Positions 26,341-41,440 are shown, numbered from the stretch's first letter. The stretch is DNA of 64,000 nt from Octopus vulgaris (GCA_951406725.2 OX597828.1:26784001-26848000); one strand, 5' to 3'. The notes: a model not told the origin generated them from the sequence alone. Numbers and translations are program-made.

Positions 26341-26576
26341 TTATTTCTTTATAGCCCACAGGGGGGCTAAACATAGAGGGGACAAACGAGGACAGGCAAA
26401 GGGATTAAGTTGATTACATCAACCCCAGTGCGTAACTGGTACTTATTTAATTGACCCCATAAGGATGAAAGGCAAAGTCGACCTAGGTGGAATTTGAACT
26501 CAGAATGAAATACTGGTAGACGAAATACTGCTAAGTATTTGACCCGGCGTGCTAACAATTCTGCCAGCTCACTGCC
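26341..26576 (-). mobile_element. tRNA-derived SINE family D (~235 bp)
   Basis: GAGCTGGCAGAA..GTTAGCAC head, GAGTTCAAATTCC B box and central TTTGCCTTTCATCC..GGGGTC. Approximate target duplication GGTC(C/T)AATAA. Confidence 0.85.
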
Positions 26577-27813
26577 CTGGTCTAATAACATTGTAGGTGT
26601 ATGGACGAGAATGGATTGTGAGAGGTCCACGATGTGAAGACCCTGGCAAATAACTTGTAGCTTCAAGTCATGATACAAAATAATTTGTAATTATTTATCT
26701 TTCTTAATCACTGATTAAGTTTTAAAAAATAATTAACCAGAATGGCTGAGACTTGTTGTCCATTTGCTTCTGAGTTTGGAGAGAGTCTAAACAGGTAAAA
26801 TTGTGCCATAAAAGTAGACAAGTCTTTCTGTACCTTTAGAATATTAGTTCTTAGAAATGAGGTGATTTCTTAAAGGTGCAAGCAAGGCTGAGGCTGTACT
26901 TGCAAGATCACTTTGGTAAAAGATAACGTAAAGACTACGGTAATGGAGATTGATGTAAAATTTGAAGTTGAAGCTATGTATGTTTGTATGTACAAGTTTG
27001 TCTGTGTAATATGCATGTTCATGTATGTATATGTGTATGTTTAAAGGTACGTATGTTGAAGAACCCAGGAAAATTCATTTTGTTTTTATTGAAAGTTGAT
27101 GAAATAGTAAAAGCATGAGTGAAGGAAACTGTTTTCCCTGTTTGTTTTTAAAGAAAATTAAAAGCAACACTACCACCACCACCAACAACAACAACAACAG
27201 TAATGATAAATAAAAATAATAATATGATTTACTCTATTAAAACATATATTGTGAAAAACAAAAAAACAAAAACAGAAAAAAAAGAAGATAAAAATGAGTG
27301 TAATAGATTATAACTTGACAGTACAAACATATTGTATCTTGATTAAAATGTTCTGAGGGGGGGGGGAGGCAGTGGTAATGATGTGGTATTGGTGGTGGCG
27401 GTGGTGGTAGTGGTACGATGGTTGTTGAAAAAAGAAATGAAGAGGAAATAATAAAATTTAATAACATATCAATAAATCAAATTCACCGTTCTTAAAGTAA
27501 ACTACTTATGGCAGGAAGTTCAGAAGATAGATGTGTGTGTATGTGTGTGTGTGTGTGTGTGTAAATCAAAACGATGCAGTGACGAGGAGAATATTTGTGT
27601 TGTCTTAGTCTCCCGTATAATTAAGTAGTTCACATGTCAGTCATGAGATCTGGGTTCCATTTTACTGCAGGATATTTTGGGCAAATGTCTTATCTTTTGC
27701 CATTAACTTGGGTCAGCCTAAGATTTGTGGGTGAAAATGAGGTGAAAGAAACTGTGTGGAAGCCCACTGTGTGTGTACATGTGTGTGTGTTTTATATATA
27801 TATATACACATAT

Positions 27814-28006
27814 ATGTGACTGCGTGTTTACCGTTGGCGGTTTTTGTTTTTCTTCCGTCCTCCCTTCCCTGGATCTTTTCTTTTCCTATGTTTCTGACGA
27901 AGAGCTCCGCTCGAAACGTTAGACCCTCCTTCTTCCCTTCCTTCCTGAGCGTCCAATAATACTATATTTGTTCCACATCCTTGCGTTGTTATGTTTTCAT
28001 GTTTGG

Positions 28007-28014
<8 letters not shown>
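27814..28014 (+). mobile_element. Element H1 (~200 bp, TA-flanked) with hammerhead
   Basis: Five similar copies in the window, at 27814, 29929, 39631, 50341 and 63403. Confidence 0.85.
27890..27924 (+). ncRNA. Minimal hammerhead ribozyme (H1)
   Basis: GUUU-CUGACGA-A-GAGC-ucc-GCUC-GAAACGU-U-AGAC. Confidence 0.72.
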
Positions 28015-28049
<35 letters not shown>

Positions 28050-28589
28050 AATATCATTATATTGTCCAGACTACCTGATGTCGTTATAAAATACACTTCC
28101 TTTCATTGTAGCTTTTGAATGATGTTGCTCCACTGACTCAGCGGTCAGTCATATGTGGACATTTAGCCTGACAGGAGTATCAGGCCATCATGGGGCTGCT
28201 CATTTTACATCCGAAGGGTAACACACTGCTGGTCTAGGAATTGAAATCATAATCTTGCAATCATGAGTGCAACAGACACACACATATTCACATGTGTGTA
28301 TTTTTGTTTGTGTTTGTCTCCTCCACATCGCTTGACAACCGGTGCTGGTTTGTTTATGTCCGCTTAACTAAGCAGTTTAGCAAAATAGATCAACTGATTA
28401 ATTACCAAATTCCAAAAAAAGATAAGTATTGGGTGTTGATTTGTTCAACTAAACACTTCCAGGCAGTGCTACAGCATGGCCATAGTCCAATGACTGGAAC
28501 TAATGGAAGATTAAAAAAATACATACCCCCCACACACACACTTATGCGATTACCTTCCAGAAACATTGAACTTGGAACCCTCATAATGT

Positions 28590-28987
28590 CTCTTTTACTT
28601 GTTTCAGTCATTTGACTGTGGCCATGCTGGAGCACCGCCTTTAATTGAGTAACTCGACCCCGGGACTTATTCTTTTGTGAACCCAGTACTTATTCTATCG
28701 GTCTCTTTTGCCGAACCGCTAAGTAACGGGGACATAAACACACCAGCATCGGTTGTCAAGCAATGCTAGGGGAGCAAACACAGACACGCAAACACACACA
28801 CGCGTATATATATATACATATATACGACGGGCTTCTTTCAGTTTCCATCTACCAAATCCACTCACAAGGCTTTGGTCGGCCCGAGGCTATAGTAGAAGAC
28901 TTTTGCCCAAGGTGCCACGCAGTGGGACTGAACCCGGAACCATGTGGTTGGTTAGCAAGCTACTTACCACACAGCCACTCCTGCTCC
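28590..28987 (-). mobile_element. Full-length SINE A
   Basis: Reverse complement of 7382-7795. Confidence 0.93.
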
Positions 28988-29928
28988 TAATTACACTTCT
29001 TAACCACATAGACCTACTAGTGCTTATGATAGGAACTGTCATTAATTTAACATTCGTTTTTCCATGTTTGCATGGGTTGAGCAGGGTTTAATGCGGCAGA
29101 TTTGTTTTTCATGGTCAGATTCCTGTTGTGCCACCAAATCTTAACTATTTCCAAACAGATTCATATTTCCGAATAGCCAAACATTCGTTTACTACAATCT
29201 CGCAATGTCAAGACAAGGAGAGATAAATACAGACACTATAACACTCACACATGCAATACCTACACACCTGCACACTCACTCACAGACATGCATATCAGGT
29301 TGCTTTGCAGTGCTACTGGTAACATGTAACCCAGTGCAACCTGTCATATTGGTCAGCCTGTCGTATTGGTCATCAGCGACTAAACTGACAAGCCCTCTGA
29401 GCTTTCATGGTGAGGAGGGTGATTCTTTTGGACACCCTACAGGATGAAAGACTAGGCCTGTGAAAGGGTGGAGGAACTCATGAGAGTCACTGACCATACA
29501 ATTTTGGTTTGCTGTTCCTCAGTCTCATGGCATATTTGCACAACTGTTGGTTTTAGCAAACCCCAAAAGAGTAACTGGTCCCACACAAGCCATTACCATT
29601 TCAAAGATGTCACTGTAGATTGTCTGAAGGATTTGCTTAATTCATTCTTTATCAAGATCAACCTCAAAAACATCCTGTTGTGAATATGTGTGTGTGTGTG
29701 TGTGTGTTTAGAAGAAGGGGAGAAAGAAAATGGGCAAAAAGGAGAAAAAAGAAAGGAAAATGAAGAGAAGAAAAGAAGAAAGGAAATAGAAAAGAGGAAA
29801 AGGAATTGAAAAGCAAGAAAAAAGTAAAATTTGTTGGATCTTATGTGTATGTGTGTGTGCATGTATGTATGTATGTATCTTGTTTTTAAAAACATTTTCC
29901 TTCATTTTTACCACTTCCGTCTTTTAGT

Positions 29929-30136
29929 ATGTGACCTCGTGAATACCACCGGCGATTTTTTTTTTTTTCCTGTCCTCCCGTCTCGGGATCTTTCCTTCTC
30001 CTATGTTTCCGACGAAGAGCTCCGCTCGAAACGTCAAACCCTCCTTCTTCCCTTCTTTCCTGAGCGTCCAATAATACTTTATTTGTTCCACATCCTTGCG
30101 TTGTTGTCTTTTTGTTTTCTTGTTTGGATTAACTTT
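29929..30136 (+). mobile_element. Element H1; hammerhead motif at 30005-30039 (CCGACGA variant, GUC triplet)
   Basis: GTTTCCGACGAAGAGCTCCGCTCGAAACGTCAAAC, followed downstream by (TA)n. Confidence 0.85.
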
Positions 30137-30642
30137 TATATATATATATATATATACATACATACACACACATACACATATATATCCACACACTCAAAAC
30201 ATGCAACCATTCACAAGGCTTTAGTTGACCTGTAGATATAGAAGACACTTGCTCGAGGTGCCATGCAGTGGGACTGAACCCCAAACAGTGCGGTTGGGAA
30301 GCAAGCCTCTTTAAGTGAACAACCATACCTGCAGCTACACAGTCACGCCCGTACCTGCATTATATCCATGGTAATTAATACACAACTCTAGGAGTGTATA
30401 TGCTAAAAGACATTGCTTTAGACATAAACCTGAAATTGATGCTCTCACAATGGATCTCTCTATTGTATTCTGAAATTCATTGATAGCGAGAGTGAAAAGA
30501 GCTTTATATATTGTTGTTGCTGGTTATTGTTGTATGATAATGGTGATGATGTGGCTGTTGCTACTATTGTTCAGCTCATTATTATTGTTGTTGTTGATGT
30601 TGTTTCTATCAGTTTATTATATTCCATTTTGGTGTGTGTATG

Positions 30643-30683
<41 letters not shown>

Positions 30684-30755
30684 TACTAAGTCTTTCTCAC
30701 ACATCTCATTCTGTATGTGTTTATCTCTCCCTCAGAATATATACATACATTTATG

Positions 30756-30786
<31 letters not shown>

Positions 30787-31397
30787 GTATGTGTGTATAT
30801 AGCTTGATGGCCCTATAAAAAAAACACCTGGATTTCATTATTATTATTATCATCACCTGCAATTATTTTTCAATTTATTCAGAAACAGAGTGATTTTAAT
30901 CTCTGGTAATTAGCACCGTATATAAGCTTCACTGCTGAAACTGTGTAAGATAAATAGACCCATAAAATTATACAGAAAAATCACATCCATGTATGTTCTT
31001 TCCCTCTCGCTTCTTTTTTCAGTATCATTTTGTTGATTGTATTGTTGTTTAGCCCTGGGTCTGACCTGATTAAGCAAATAAATGTAGGCATGGCTGTGTG
31101 TTTGAGAAGTTTGGTTTGCGACTTCCTAATTCCAGTTTCAATCTGTGTGTGTTCAACTTTGGCTCAGTGTTCTTCTCTTTCATAAGTCTTGGGATCAGTC
31201 TAAGCTTTGCTGGTGAAATTTGGTTGACAGGAAATTATATGAAAGTTGTCAGAGCGACCATTCCTGGAAAGTCTCACGATGGTTGTTTCTGATGGATCCC
31301 TAGGGTGGGAGAACTCTACTGCCACGCCCTTCCCAGGAATGGTGGGCAGAGAAGATTGATGGATTGTTGGTAATGATGTTGCTGTTACTGTTGCACA

Positions 31398-31785
31398 GTG
31401 GAGGCGCAATGGCCCAGTGGTTAGGGCAGCGGACTCACGGTCATAGGATCGCGGTTTCGATTCCCAGACCGGGCGTTGTGAGTGTTTATTGAGCGAAAAC
31501 ACCTAAAGCTCCACGAGGCTCCAGCAGGGGATGGTGGTGTTCCCTGCTGTACTCTTTCACCACAACTTTCTCTCACTCTTACTTCCTGTTTCTCTTGTAC
31601 CTGTATTTCAAAGGGCCGGCCTTGTCACTCTCTGTGTCACACTGAATATCCCCGAGAACTACGTTAATGGTACACGTGTCTGTGGAGTGCTCAGCCACTT
31701 ACACGTTAATTTCACGAGCAGGCTGTTCCATTGATTCGGATCAACCGGAACCCTCGTCATCATAACCGACGGAGTGCTTCCATCC
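31398..31785 (+). mobile_element. Full-length tRNA-derived SINE family B with 11-bp target-site duplication
   Basis: A box TGGCCCAGTGG and B box GTTTCGATTCC. The duplication ACTGTTGCACA lies at 31387-31397 and 31786-31796. Confidence 0.92.
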
Positions 31786-32084
31786 ACTGTTGCACAATTG
31801 GTGGCATTATCAGTGCCCAATTTCTTGCAAGAATTTAGGCCAAGTTATTAGAGGTTTGAGGATGACTGCCTCACTACCTCACACCAGTCATCAGGGGCCA
31901 GAAAGTGGTTTTGTGGCTGTTGCTCTTTTTCACCTGATTATCTCATAAAATTATAAACAAACCTTCTTGATGGAAGAAATTCTAACTAAAATCATACGAG
32001 TTTTGTGTTTACTATTTTCTTCCTCATGCTGTTTAACCTACCATCATATGATCTAATATTTCATTCTTCTTTATTCATGTATAG

Positions 32085-32378
32085 TCAAGGTTTTCCTGGG
32101 TCTACCTCTTCCACGGGTTCCCTCAACAGCTTGGGATTGGCACTTTTTCACGCACCTATCTTCATCCATTCTCGCCACATGACCATACCAGCACAATCGT
32201 CTCTCTTGCACACCACAGCTGATGCTTCTTAGGTCCAACTTTTCTCTCAAGGTACTTACACACTGTCGAGTATGTACACTGACATTACACATCCATTGGA
32301 GCATACTGGCTTCATTCCTTGTGAGCTTACGCATGTCCTCAGCAGTCAAGGCCCATGTTTCACTGCCATGTAACATGG
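32085..32378 (-). pseudogene. RTE-like LINE ORF fragment (post-RT region)
   Basis: MLHGSETWALT...EASMLQWMCNVS...RRLCWYGHVARMDEDRCVKKC...GRGRPRKT. Confidence 0.88.
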
Positions 32379-34040
32379 CTATATATATATATATATATAT
32401 AAACACAATGGGCTTCTTTCAGTTTCCATCTACTGGATCCACTCACAACAATTTAGTCAGCCCAGAGCTAAAGTAAAAGACACTTACCCAAGGTGTTGTA
32501 CAGTGGGACTTGAACCCAAAACCCTATGGTTGGGGAGCAAGATACTCAACCACACAGCTGTACTGATGCCTATTTTTAATTTTCTAAAGGTTAACTCATT
32601 CTATTTGTTCAACCATTTGCAAGATTTACAAAAATAGGCAATTTTACGGTACCCTTGAGTGCCATATAAGGTAAATGTTGTTTGGATATTTGACATTATT
32701 TCACTCATACCAGTTTTCTGGGGCTTTTTTAAAAAATTATTTTGCAATTGTTTTTTTAGATAATTTGTTGTTTTTGGTTGTATACCCAGAAAGGGTTAAG
32801 ACGACATGCCCAGAATGGTGATTGTGATAACATTTATTTAGTGATGTTTTTTTTTTTTTCAACACTGCTACATTTGTGCCAAAGTACCACTCAAACAAAA
32901 GCTAAGCGGAACATCCTACACAACACTACCAACACTACCCCCTTCACTATCAACAACACCACAGCCATTGCTACCACCACTACCACCACCATCATTAACA
33001 ATGATTATCAAGTTCATCATTGACGATTATAAAACAATACCTTTACATCAAGATTTGCTCTGTTGATTGCCAGTAAACAACCAAGCAGTTTTGTTATTGT
33101 TTTATTTGCAGATGGTGGGGGCTGGAGGAATGTTTTAATGTTTTACATAATTTTGCATGTTTTTTTTCTTTCTGTCTTTTGGAATTTTTATAGTTTTTTT
33201 TTTTTAATGGATATATTTACTTATTTTTTTCCCCAAAGTTTTCTTTGTGACAACATGAAGGAAAAAAAAGAGGGAGAAAAAGCAATAATAGCAGGAAAGA
33301 AGTGTATGAAGAGGAAGACAGAAAAACTGAGAGAGAAAGAGAGAGAAATGAGAAAGATGGAATAGGAGAAAGAGAGAGACAGAGTGGAAGATGGAGCGAA
33401 AAAGAAGGAAAAAAAGAGATGAAGTGAAGAATATAAAGACTTGAGATGCATTCTTATATTTTCGTAAATTAATCCCAGACCCATACCCAAAAAAATTTTT
33501 TTTTTTTTAAATCTTTTCCTTTAAAAACAAAAAAAATGAAAACCCCAAAACTACTAAAGAGCACCCCTCCCTTCTCATTATAAAACAAATCCTCCCTTTT
33601 ATCAATCGAACAACAATAAATAGCAACCTTTACTCCAATAAACAGATTCGCACATCCCCCACCACCACCACCACCACCACCGCCACGTTGACAATAAGGA
33701 GGGGAGAGGGGAAAGAGAGAAATATCCTTTTTAACACACTGGATGATATCATTTGTAACAGTTGCTATTGTTTCTAGCATGATTACCGACTTAGCAAACT
33801 AAAAGAGCATTCCAGAACAAAAGACATTCCCCCATCGCTTCTTTCACAACAATCCTATCAAATTGTGCAAATTTCTCTTCCACTGCAAATTCACTGATTT
33901 TTGTTGAGGAAATCCTGATAGGTTTGTTGTGTTTGCTTTTGTTTTTCTTTGTGTTCAAGTTTTTTAAAAATTTATTTTATTGTTAACTGTGCCCTTGTGT
34001 CAATGCATATGTATGTACACTATATATATAATACATGTGC

Positions 34041-34081
<41 letters not shown>

Positions 34082-34686
34082 CATACATACATACACAGAC
34101 ACATGTACACATATACATATATATACACATATACATATATATACACATAAACACAAGCATATACATAAATATATATAAACACTCATGTACACACATCTGT
34201 CCCTCTCTCTCTCTGTCTCCACATACACATATATATATGTCTGCATGCATGTTTATACATTTAAGAACATGCAAGCAGGTGAATGCATGTTCTCATTTTG
34301 CAGGAGAATAGTGAGTTTTTGAATTTACAAACACAGTGTTTTCTCTTCATTTCTTTCTATTGTACTTTTGATACAATGTCAAACATTTACTGGAACTACT
34401 GTAACCCATCAACAAACACACAGATAAATATATATATAGACACATGCATATATACACATCAAGCATACAAGCATAAATATAGGGTCATAAAAGACAAACA
34501 AAAGAAGGCCATAATCTTAATTTCATTGTTTTGTTTTTAAAGAGAAATTCCAATTATTGTTTCTGGAGCAAAAGAAGGGGAAAATTCAGAGAAAGAGAAT
34601 GCATTCAACAAGTTGCTATCTTTATTCCTGCATTTTATGTTCTGAGTTCAAATGCTACCAAACTTGACCATTCCTTTTATCCTTTC

Positions 34687-34940
34687 GAAAAGCTCTATCT
34701 GCGACGATTTCATCTCAATTGAAGGAGAGGTGCTTTCTCCGTTGCTTTCTCCGGGTTACAGATCCGTGGAATAAGCTGCCGGACAAGATAGTGAAGATGC
34801 CGACGACCGCTCGGTTCAAAGTCTCTCTTGACCAGAAATAGCCTGAACTCTTTGCATGAACACCCCTGTACATAACTCCATGTCCCCCTACATGGCCTTG
34901 CTTTTTGCTTTTTGAGCCAAAAAATTAACTTAACTTAACT
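34687..34940 (+). mobile_element. 3' end of a CR1-like LINE with (TAACT)n tail, inserted into a SINE D copy
   Basis: RRFHLN..RRGAFS...DPWNKLPDKIVKMPTTARFKVSLD. SINE D sequence is interrupted at CCTTTC|AGGGTC. Confidence 0.75.
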
Positions 34941-35432
34941 TTCAGGGTCCATAAGATAAATATGATATAAACATTGGGGAGTGTTGTAATCAAGTGACCC
35001 CTTCCCCACAAAATTTCAGGCCTCATCCCTGTAGTTTGAAGAATTAATATAAGCAAGTTGGATTGGCAAAATAATCACAGCAACAGAAAAATTATTTTGC
35101 AGTATTTGTCCCAACTCTTTATGTTCCGAGTTCAAACCCCTTCCCTTCCAAACTACTGTCCCTGTGCCGATTCCAGAAAGGTGGTGAGCTGGCAGAATCC
35201 TCAGTAGGCTGGACCAAATGCTTAGCAACATTTCTTTCAGCTTTTTGATCTGAGTTCAAATACACCAAGATCAACTTTGACTTTCATACTTTTAGGGCTC
35301 ATAAGATAAGGAGCAGTTGAGCATCAGACTTGACGTAACTGACTTGCCTCTTCCTGCAAAATTTCAGGCCTTATGCACAGGGGTGGGGTCAATGCAATTG
35401 ATTTAAAGTGGCTGCCCTTGTGCCAAAATTTG

Positions 35433-35764
35433 AACTGCAGTTGTGATCCCTGTGCCGGTGGCACGTAAAAAGCACCATCTGAACGTGGCCGATGCCAGCG
35501 CCGCCTTACTGGCTTCCATGCCGGTGGCACGTAAAAAGCACCAAACCGATCGTGGCCATTGCCAGCCTCGCCTGGCACCTGTGCCAGTGGTACGTAAAAG
35601 GCACCCACTACACTCACGGAGTGGTTGGCGTTAGGAAGGGCATCCAGCTGTAGAAACTTTCAGATCAGACTGGAGCCTGGTGCAGCCTTCTGTCTTCCCA
35701 GATACCCGGTCGAACCGTCCAACCCATGCTAGCATGTAGAATGGACGTTAAACGATGATGATGA
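35433..35764 (+). mobile_element. RTE-like 3' UTR (family C) with three hairpin units
   Basis: GTGCCGGTGGCACGTAAAAAGCACC-like units near 35452, 35518 and 35581, and a (GAT)n tail. Confidence 0.87.
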
Positions 35765-37776
35765 TATCAATGTGCACTTTTCCATGCTTGCATTATATAT
35801 ACATATATATATATATAGGGAGAGTTTACGAAAAAACAAAAGACGAAGATAAGTGGTGTAGAAAACAAAACAGATGTATTAGTATAACACTCAGGAATAG
35901 AAAAAGTTTTGTGCACATCTATGAAAAATTTCCACACAGTTTCTGTCTACCAAATATATTTGCTAGGCGTTGGTGGCCCAGGGCTATAGTAGATGATGCT
36001 TGCTCAAGGTGCCACACAATGAGACAACAGAAGCTTCTCACCATACAGCCATGCCTGTGCCTACACAGGTGATAAAAGAAGGAAATAAATCCAGAAGGCA
36101 AAATTCTAAATTTCTATTCCTAAAATATGAACCTCACCTGAGAGAGAGATGGGTACAGTGAGAGGACAGGTGCAAGAGGAGGGGAAGGAAACAAGGGTCT
36201 GGACATAGCTGTCAGACACGTTGTCTCAGTGTCACAGAGAGAAAACCAAGCTGCCTATATGTTTTAAATGGTTCAAAACAAAATGAGGCGGCAGAGCAGG
36301 AGTGATGCTGGTGGAGATGGTATTGAAGATGGCAGAAACCACTGCAAGATCTTGACTACACCGAAGTTTGGAGTTCTTCCAAGCTGTTAGCATCTCTTAG
36401 CAAATTGCTTATACAAGAAATTATCTTACTAAAAATGGATGAATGATGGAATGAAGGAAGGATGGAATGAATGAAGGATTGTTTTCTTCACTCTTTCATT
36501 TTCATATGCACTTATGGCTTCCTATCACCTACTTCTTCCTCCCCGCCTCTTGTGATTTTCATTGATTCTTAACTTTGCTTCTTCTCAATTTTCAAACTCT
36601 CCTCTTTGCTCTCACTCCTATCCCTCTACCTCTCTCTTCTCTCACCCTCTAACTTTCTGTCCTTTCTCTTCTCACCCTCTCATCTCTCTTTCTTCTCTCT
36701 CTCTCTCTCTCTCACTCTCACACTCTCTCTCTAGTTCCTTTGCAGTATAACCAGCAATCCAGCACAGCATACATGGTTACATTTGTTAACAGCTCCATTG
36801 CTAACTTTCATATCACAACAGTTAATTCATTATGATGATCATCATCATCATTTAACATCCGTTTTCCAGCTGGTGAGGCTGGAGAGCTGCACCAGGCTCC
36901 AATTGTCTGTTTTGGCATGGTTTCTAGGACTGGATGCTCTCCCTGATGCCAACCACTATACAGAATGTACTGGGTGCTTTTTACGTGACACCGGCACAGG
37001 GGCCTTTTTGTGGCACGAGCATGTGCGCTTTTTATGTGGTACCTGCATCATCATCATCATTATTTAACATCCACTTTTCCACATGAGTCGGAGTTTACTG
37101 AATCAGTTTCTTCAGCCAGATGCCCTTGCTGAAGCTAAACTTCATCTGTTTCCAAGCACTATTTCCCCATGGGCCAGGCAGGTTCTCTCAGAATATTGGA
37201 GACGAATTTCACTGCATGTATGTCACTTATTTACAACCATCATCATGTAATTTCATGGCAAGGAGATGTAATCACACTTGGTCACGCTTAAATGCTCAGC
37301 TTCCTTTCAGTTTCTATATCCCAAATCTACTCACAAGGTTCTGGTTGATGTGGTGCTATAGAAAACACTTGGCCAAAGAACTGCACAGTGGAACTTGAAC
37401 CCAGAACCATTTGGTTGGGAAACAAACTCCCTAACTACAGTCACACATATGACTATAGATATATTATATGTATGTGTGTGAAAGCATGTGACCATAGTGG
37501 TTAGGGGGTCACACTCCTGATTGCCAGATCATGGGTTCAGTTCCAGGATTGGGCAGTGCATTGCATTCTTGAGCAAGACACTTCATTTTACGTTGCTCAA
37601 GATTGGTTCGGCTAAACCCTATCAGGCAGTGATCCAGTGCCGCCACTGTCCAGTCATTGAAACAAGTAAAAGATGTAAAAGACAATACGCCATTTCAATA
37701 TTTGTGTTACACCGATGCTGTTGCAAAAACAGCCACGACAAAGAAAATCTGGTGAAGACCAAATTTAATTCATCAA

Positions 37777-37810
<34 letters not shown>

Positions 37811-37861
37811 TTCTTTTCTATTCTCTTCTGCTTTTGAGTCCTCTTTTGCTGCCCTTGCTTT

Positions 37862-37900
<39 letters not shown>

Positions 37901-38183
37901 CTATATATATATGTATTATATATGCATGCTTTAGAATTTGGAATATGCCCTGAATTACTGAAGACTTTTCTTGGATTCTTTAGCTTTTCCATTCCAAATA
38001 CTAAACTTAAATATTACTTTTTTTTTTATTTAGGTATTTAATATTTTGTTGCTTTTTAAATAATTTTTGTTTAGTTTAGAAAAATATTTCGTTCTGTTTG
38101 GGGATTTCACTGCAAATTCTTTCTAGTTTAATTTTCAAGAATGCATAAAGTTTTTTTCTGAGTATACATATACACAGCATGTT

Positions 38184-38216
<33 letters not shown>

Positions 38217-38298
38217 GTGCATATATATACGCACATACACTTACTCATTATGTACACATTTTACACACACGTTACTTTACATTTATCTAGACATTCAT

Positions 38299-38345
<47 letters not shown>

Positions 38346-39630
38346 GCACACATATAGATAATGTGTATAATATATCACATATACATACATATATGTATAT
38401 ATGCGCACACACATGCACATATGTGTATGTGCGTGAAATGGAAAATAAATGAAAAAGAAAATAGAAAAATAGAAATTAAAAAAAAAAATATGCAGCTTCT
38501 CTAATTCAAAAGTTCTTCATCTGCCAATATAGCAGAGAACCATGGAGGATAATGTCTAAACATGCATGTCATGATAAAGTTTTCAATAATTGTTTTCTGA
38601 CATGCAACAGTCACAACAATGTAAAGTCTAAGGAGCAACATTTTTATTTTATTCAAGTAGAGATACTAAAAAATGTTTCAAGTGCTGTGCAGCAGTCAGG
38701 AGTTTGGTTTGCAATCTGTGTTTGTTTGACTTAGTAGCATATTTTTTTAAAAAATTCTTCTGCTCTACAGAATATTGATATGGAATTGGTGTTACTAACA
38801 GACTGCTGATTCGTTAAGTACCATTGTCATTGTCATCGTTGTTTTAATGTTCGTATTTCCATGCTCGCATTGGTTGGACTGAATTATTTGTAAGGGGGAA
38901 GATTTGTTTTTACTGCTGGATGCTCTTCCTGTTGCCAAACCTCACCGGCTTCCAATATTCCCTCAGGGCCAGACTTATTTCTACAGATTAAAGATGAAGG
39001 ATACTGCTTACATGTTGATGACATTCATTTACATTTGTCACAGATGTCAAGGCAAGGAAACACACAGCATATACACACATTCACACACACACACATTCAT
39101 ATATGGCAGACTTCTTTCAGTATAAGTGGATTTTTCTTTTTTCTTTTCATATAGATTCAGACATGGCTGTGTGGTTAAGATGCTTGCTTTGCAGAACCAC
39201 ACAGTTTCAGTTTCAGTCCCCCTCTGCAGCATCTTAGGCAAGTATTGTCTGCTATAACTTCGGGACAATTAATGCCTTGTGAATTGGAAGGCAGAAACTG
39301 TGTGGAGGTCATACATACATACATACATACATATATATGTGTGTGTGTATATTTAGAGTATATGACATGGATGCAGAAAAGCGTGTGGCTATCACAGAAA
39401 GCATCTCTAATGGACTTGGCTAACAAATCACATAGTAAGGTATCCATGCAGCTGAAATCCAGAAGATATAATCAATGAGATTATTTTATGAGGAGTATAT
39501 AAACCATAAGAAGTCGGGAAGTACTACATTAAGAAGGTGGCGGAATGGCCGTAATCCTAAGGGTGTCAAATGATTTAATATATATATTCACCTCTCATAC
39601 TTCCTCACTTTTCTATGGTATATATATATA

Positions 39631-39833
39631 GTTAATCCAAACAAGAAAGCACAAAAAAACACAACAACGCGAGGACGTGGAACAAATATAGTATTATTGG
39701 GCGCTCAGGAAAGAAGGAGGGTTTAACGTTTCGAGCGGAGCTCCTCGTCAGAAACATAGGTGAAGGAAAGATCCAGAGAAGGGAAGACAGAGGGAAAAAA
39801 ATCGCCAATGGTACACGCGGTCACATTTTGAAA
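39631..39833 (-). mobile_element. Element H1; hammerhead motif at 39721-39755
   Basis: Minus strand GUUU-CUGACGA-G-GAGCuccGCUC-GAAACGUU-AAAC, with (TA)n on both sides. Confidence 0.87.
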
Positions 39834-40008
39834 TATATATATATGTATGTATGTGTGTGTGTGTGTGTGTGTGTGTTAGACTGCAGCTATGCTGGGCCTT
39901 GAAGAATTTTAGTGAAGAAATCGATTCCAGGATTTACTATTTTTTTTGTAAAGCCTGGTACTTATTCGGTTGGTCTCAAGCAATGGTGGGAAACAAACAC
40001 AGACATTG

Positions 40009-40040
<32 letters not shown>

Positions 40041-40823
40041 TTGATGGGCTTCTTTCAGTTTCTGTCTGCCAAATCCACTCACAAGGCTATGGCAAGCCTG
40101 TTATAGCAGAAAACTCTTGCCCAAGGTGCCATGCTGTGGGAGTGAACCCAGAACCATGTGCTTGGGAAGCAAGCTTCTTACCACACAGTTTCCATTTGCA
40201 AAATTCACACACAAGGCATTGGTCAGCCTGGGGTTGTAATAGAAACCCCTTGCCTAAAGTGTTAAGCCCCCAAGCAGTGGGACTGAACCGAAATACTACA
40301 TGGTTGCAAAGTGATCTTCTTAAGCAAACGGCCGTTTATGTCTGCGATATACGAGAGTGAAACAGGAAGTTTTGATGTGTATGCCTTTCCCCACTAGCAA
40401 AATTGCAGTTGTGACATACTCGAATGAAAACGCCTTTAACAGGAAATCAAAATTGCTTTGTGAAGCTCGACTCAATTAGATCCCTTCTGTTACTTAACTG
40501 AAACTTCTTGTTGTTTGTTTTTTTTTTGTTGTTTAATGTAAATTTTATGTAAATAATATTAATCAATATAGATATGTAAACAATACCACTCAAACACGTA
40601 ATGTCTAATAATTCAGTTTTAGTTTTCCACATGACCTCATGCTTTCATTTACTCCCCCGTTTTCTTCTTAGCCATGTTGCCAAGCAACGATGTTAAAATG
40701 GAAAGTTTCTGCAATCAGAATAACCTAAACATGATCTCATTATACTCTGAAGTTGCTAATTTCCTCAAGCTTTTGCTCAACTTATTAACTCTCTCTTGTT
40801 TTCATGGCTTTGCTTCTTTCAGT

Positions 40824-41440
40824 CATAGAGCTGTGGCCATGCTGGGGCACTGCCTTAAAAGATTTAGTTGAACAAATTGACATATTTTTCACATCTAGTA
40901 CTTATTTCATCAGTCTTTTATGTACATCTGCCAAGCCGTTGGGATGCAAACAAACTAACATTGGTTGTTGAGCAATGATGGTGGTGAGGGGCAAACACAA
41001 AAATACACACATACACATAGAGCTGTGACCATGCTGTGGCCATGCTGGGGCACTGCCTTAAAAGATTTAGTTGAACAAATTGACCCCCCCCTATGACATT
41101 TTTCATGTCTAGCACTTATTTCATCAGTCTTTTATGTACATCTGCCAAGCCATTGGGATGCAAACAAACTAACACTGGTTGTTGAGCAATGATGGTGGTG
41201 AGGGACAAACACAAAAATACACACATACACATAGAGCTGTGGCCATGCTGGGGCACTGCCTTAAAAGATTTAGTTGAACAAATTGACCCCCCCCCCATGA
41301 CATATTTTTCATGTCTAGTACTTATTTCATCAGTCTTTTATGTACATCTGCCAAGCCGTTGGGATGCAAACAAACTAACACTGGTTGTTGAGCAATGATG
41401 GTGGTGAGGGGACAAACACAAAAATATACACATACACATA
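40824..41440. repeat. Tandem triplication of a ~200-bp diverged SINE A segment
   Basis: CATAGAGCTGTG... restarts at 40824, 41016 and 41230. Confidence 0.9.

Noticed and set aside
31398-31475. Possible tRNA gene
   Set aside because: It is the head of a SINE that continues for about 390 bp and is flanked by an 11-bp target-site duplication.
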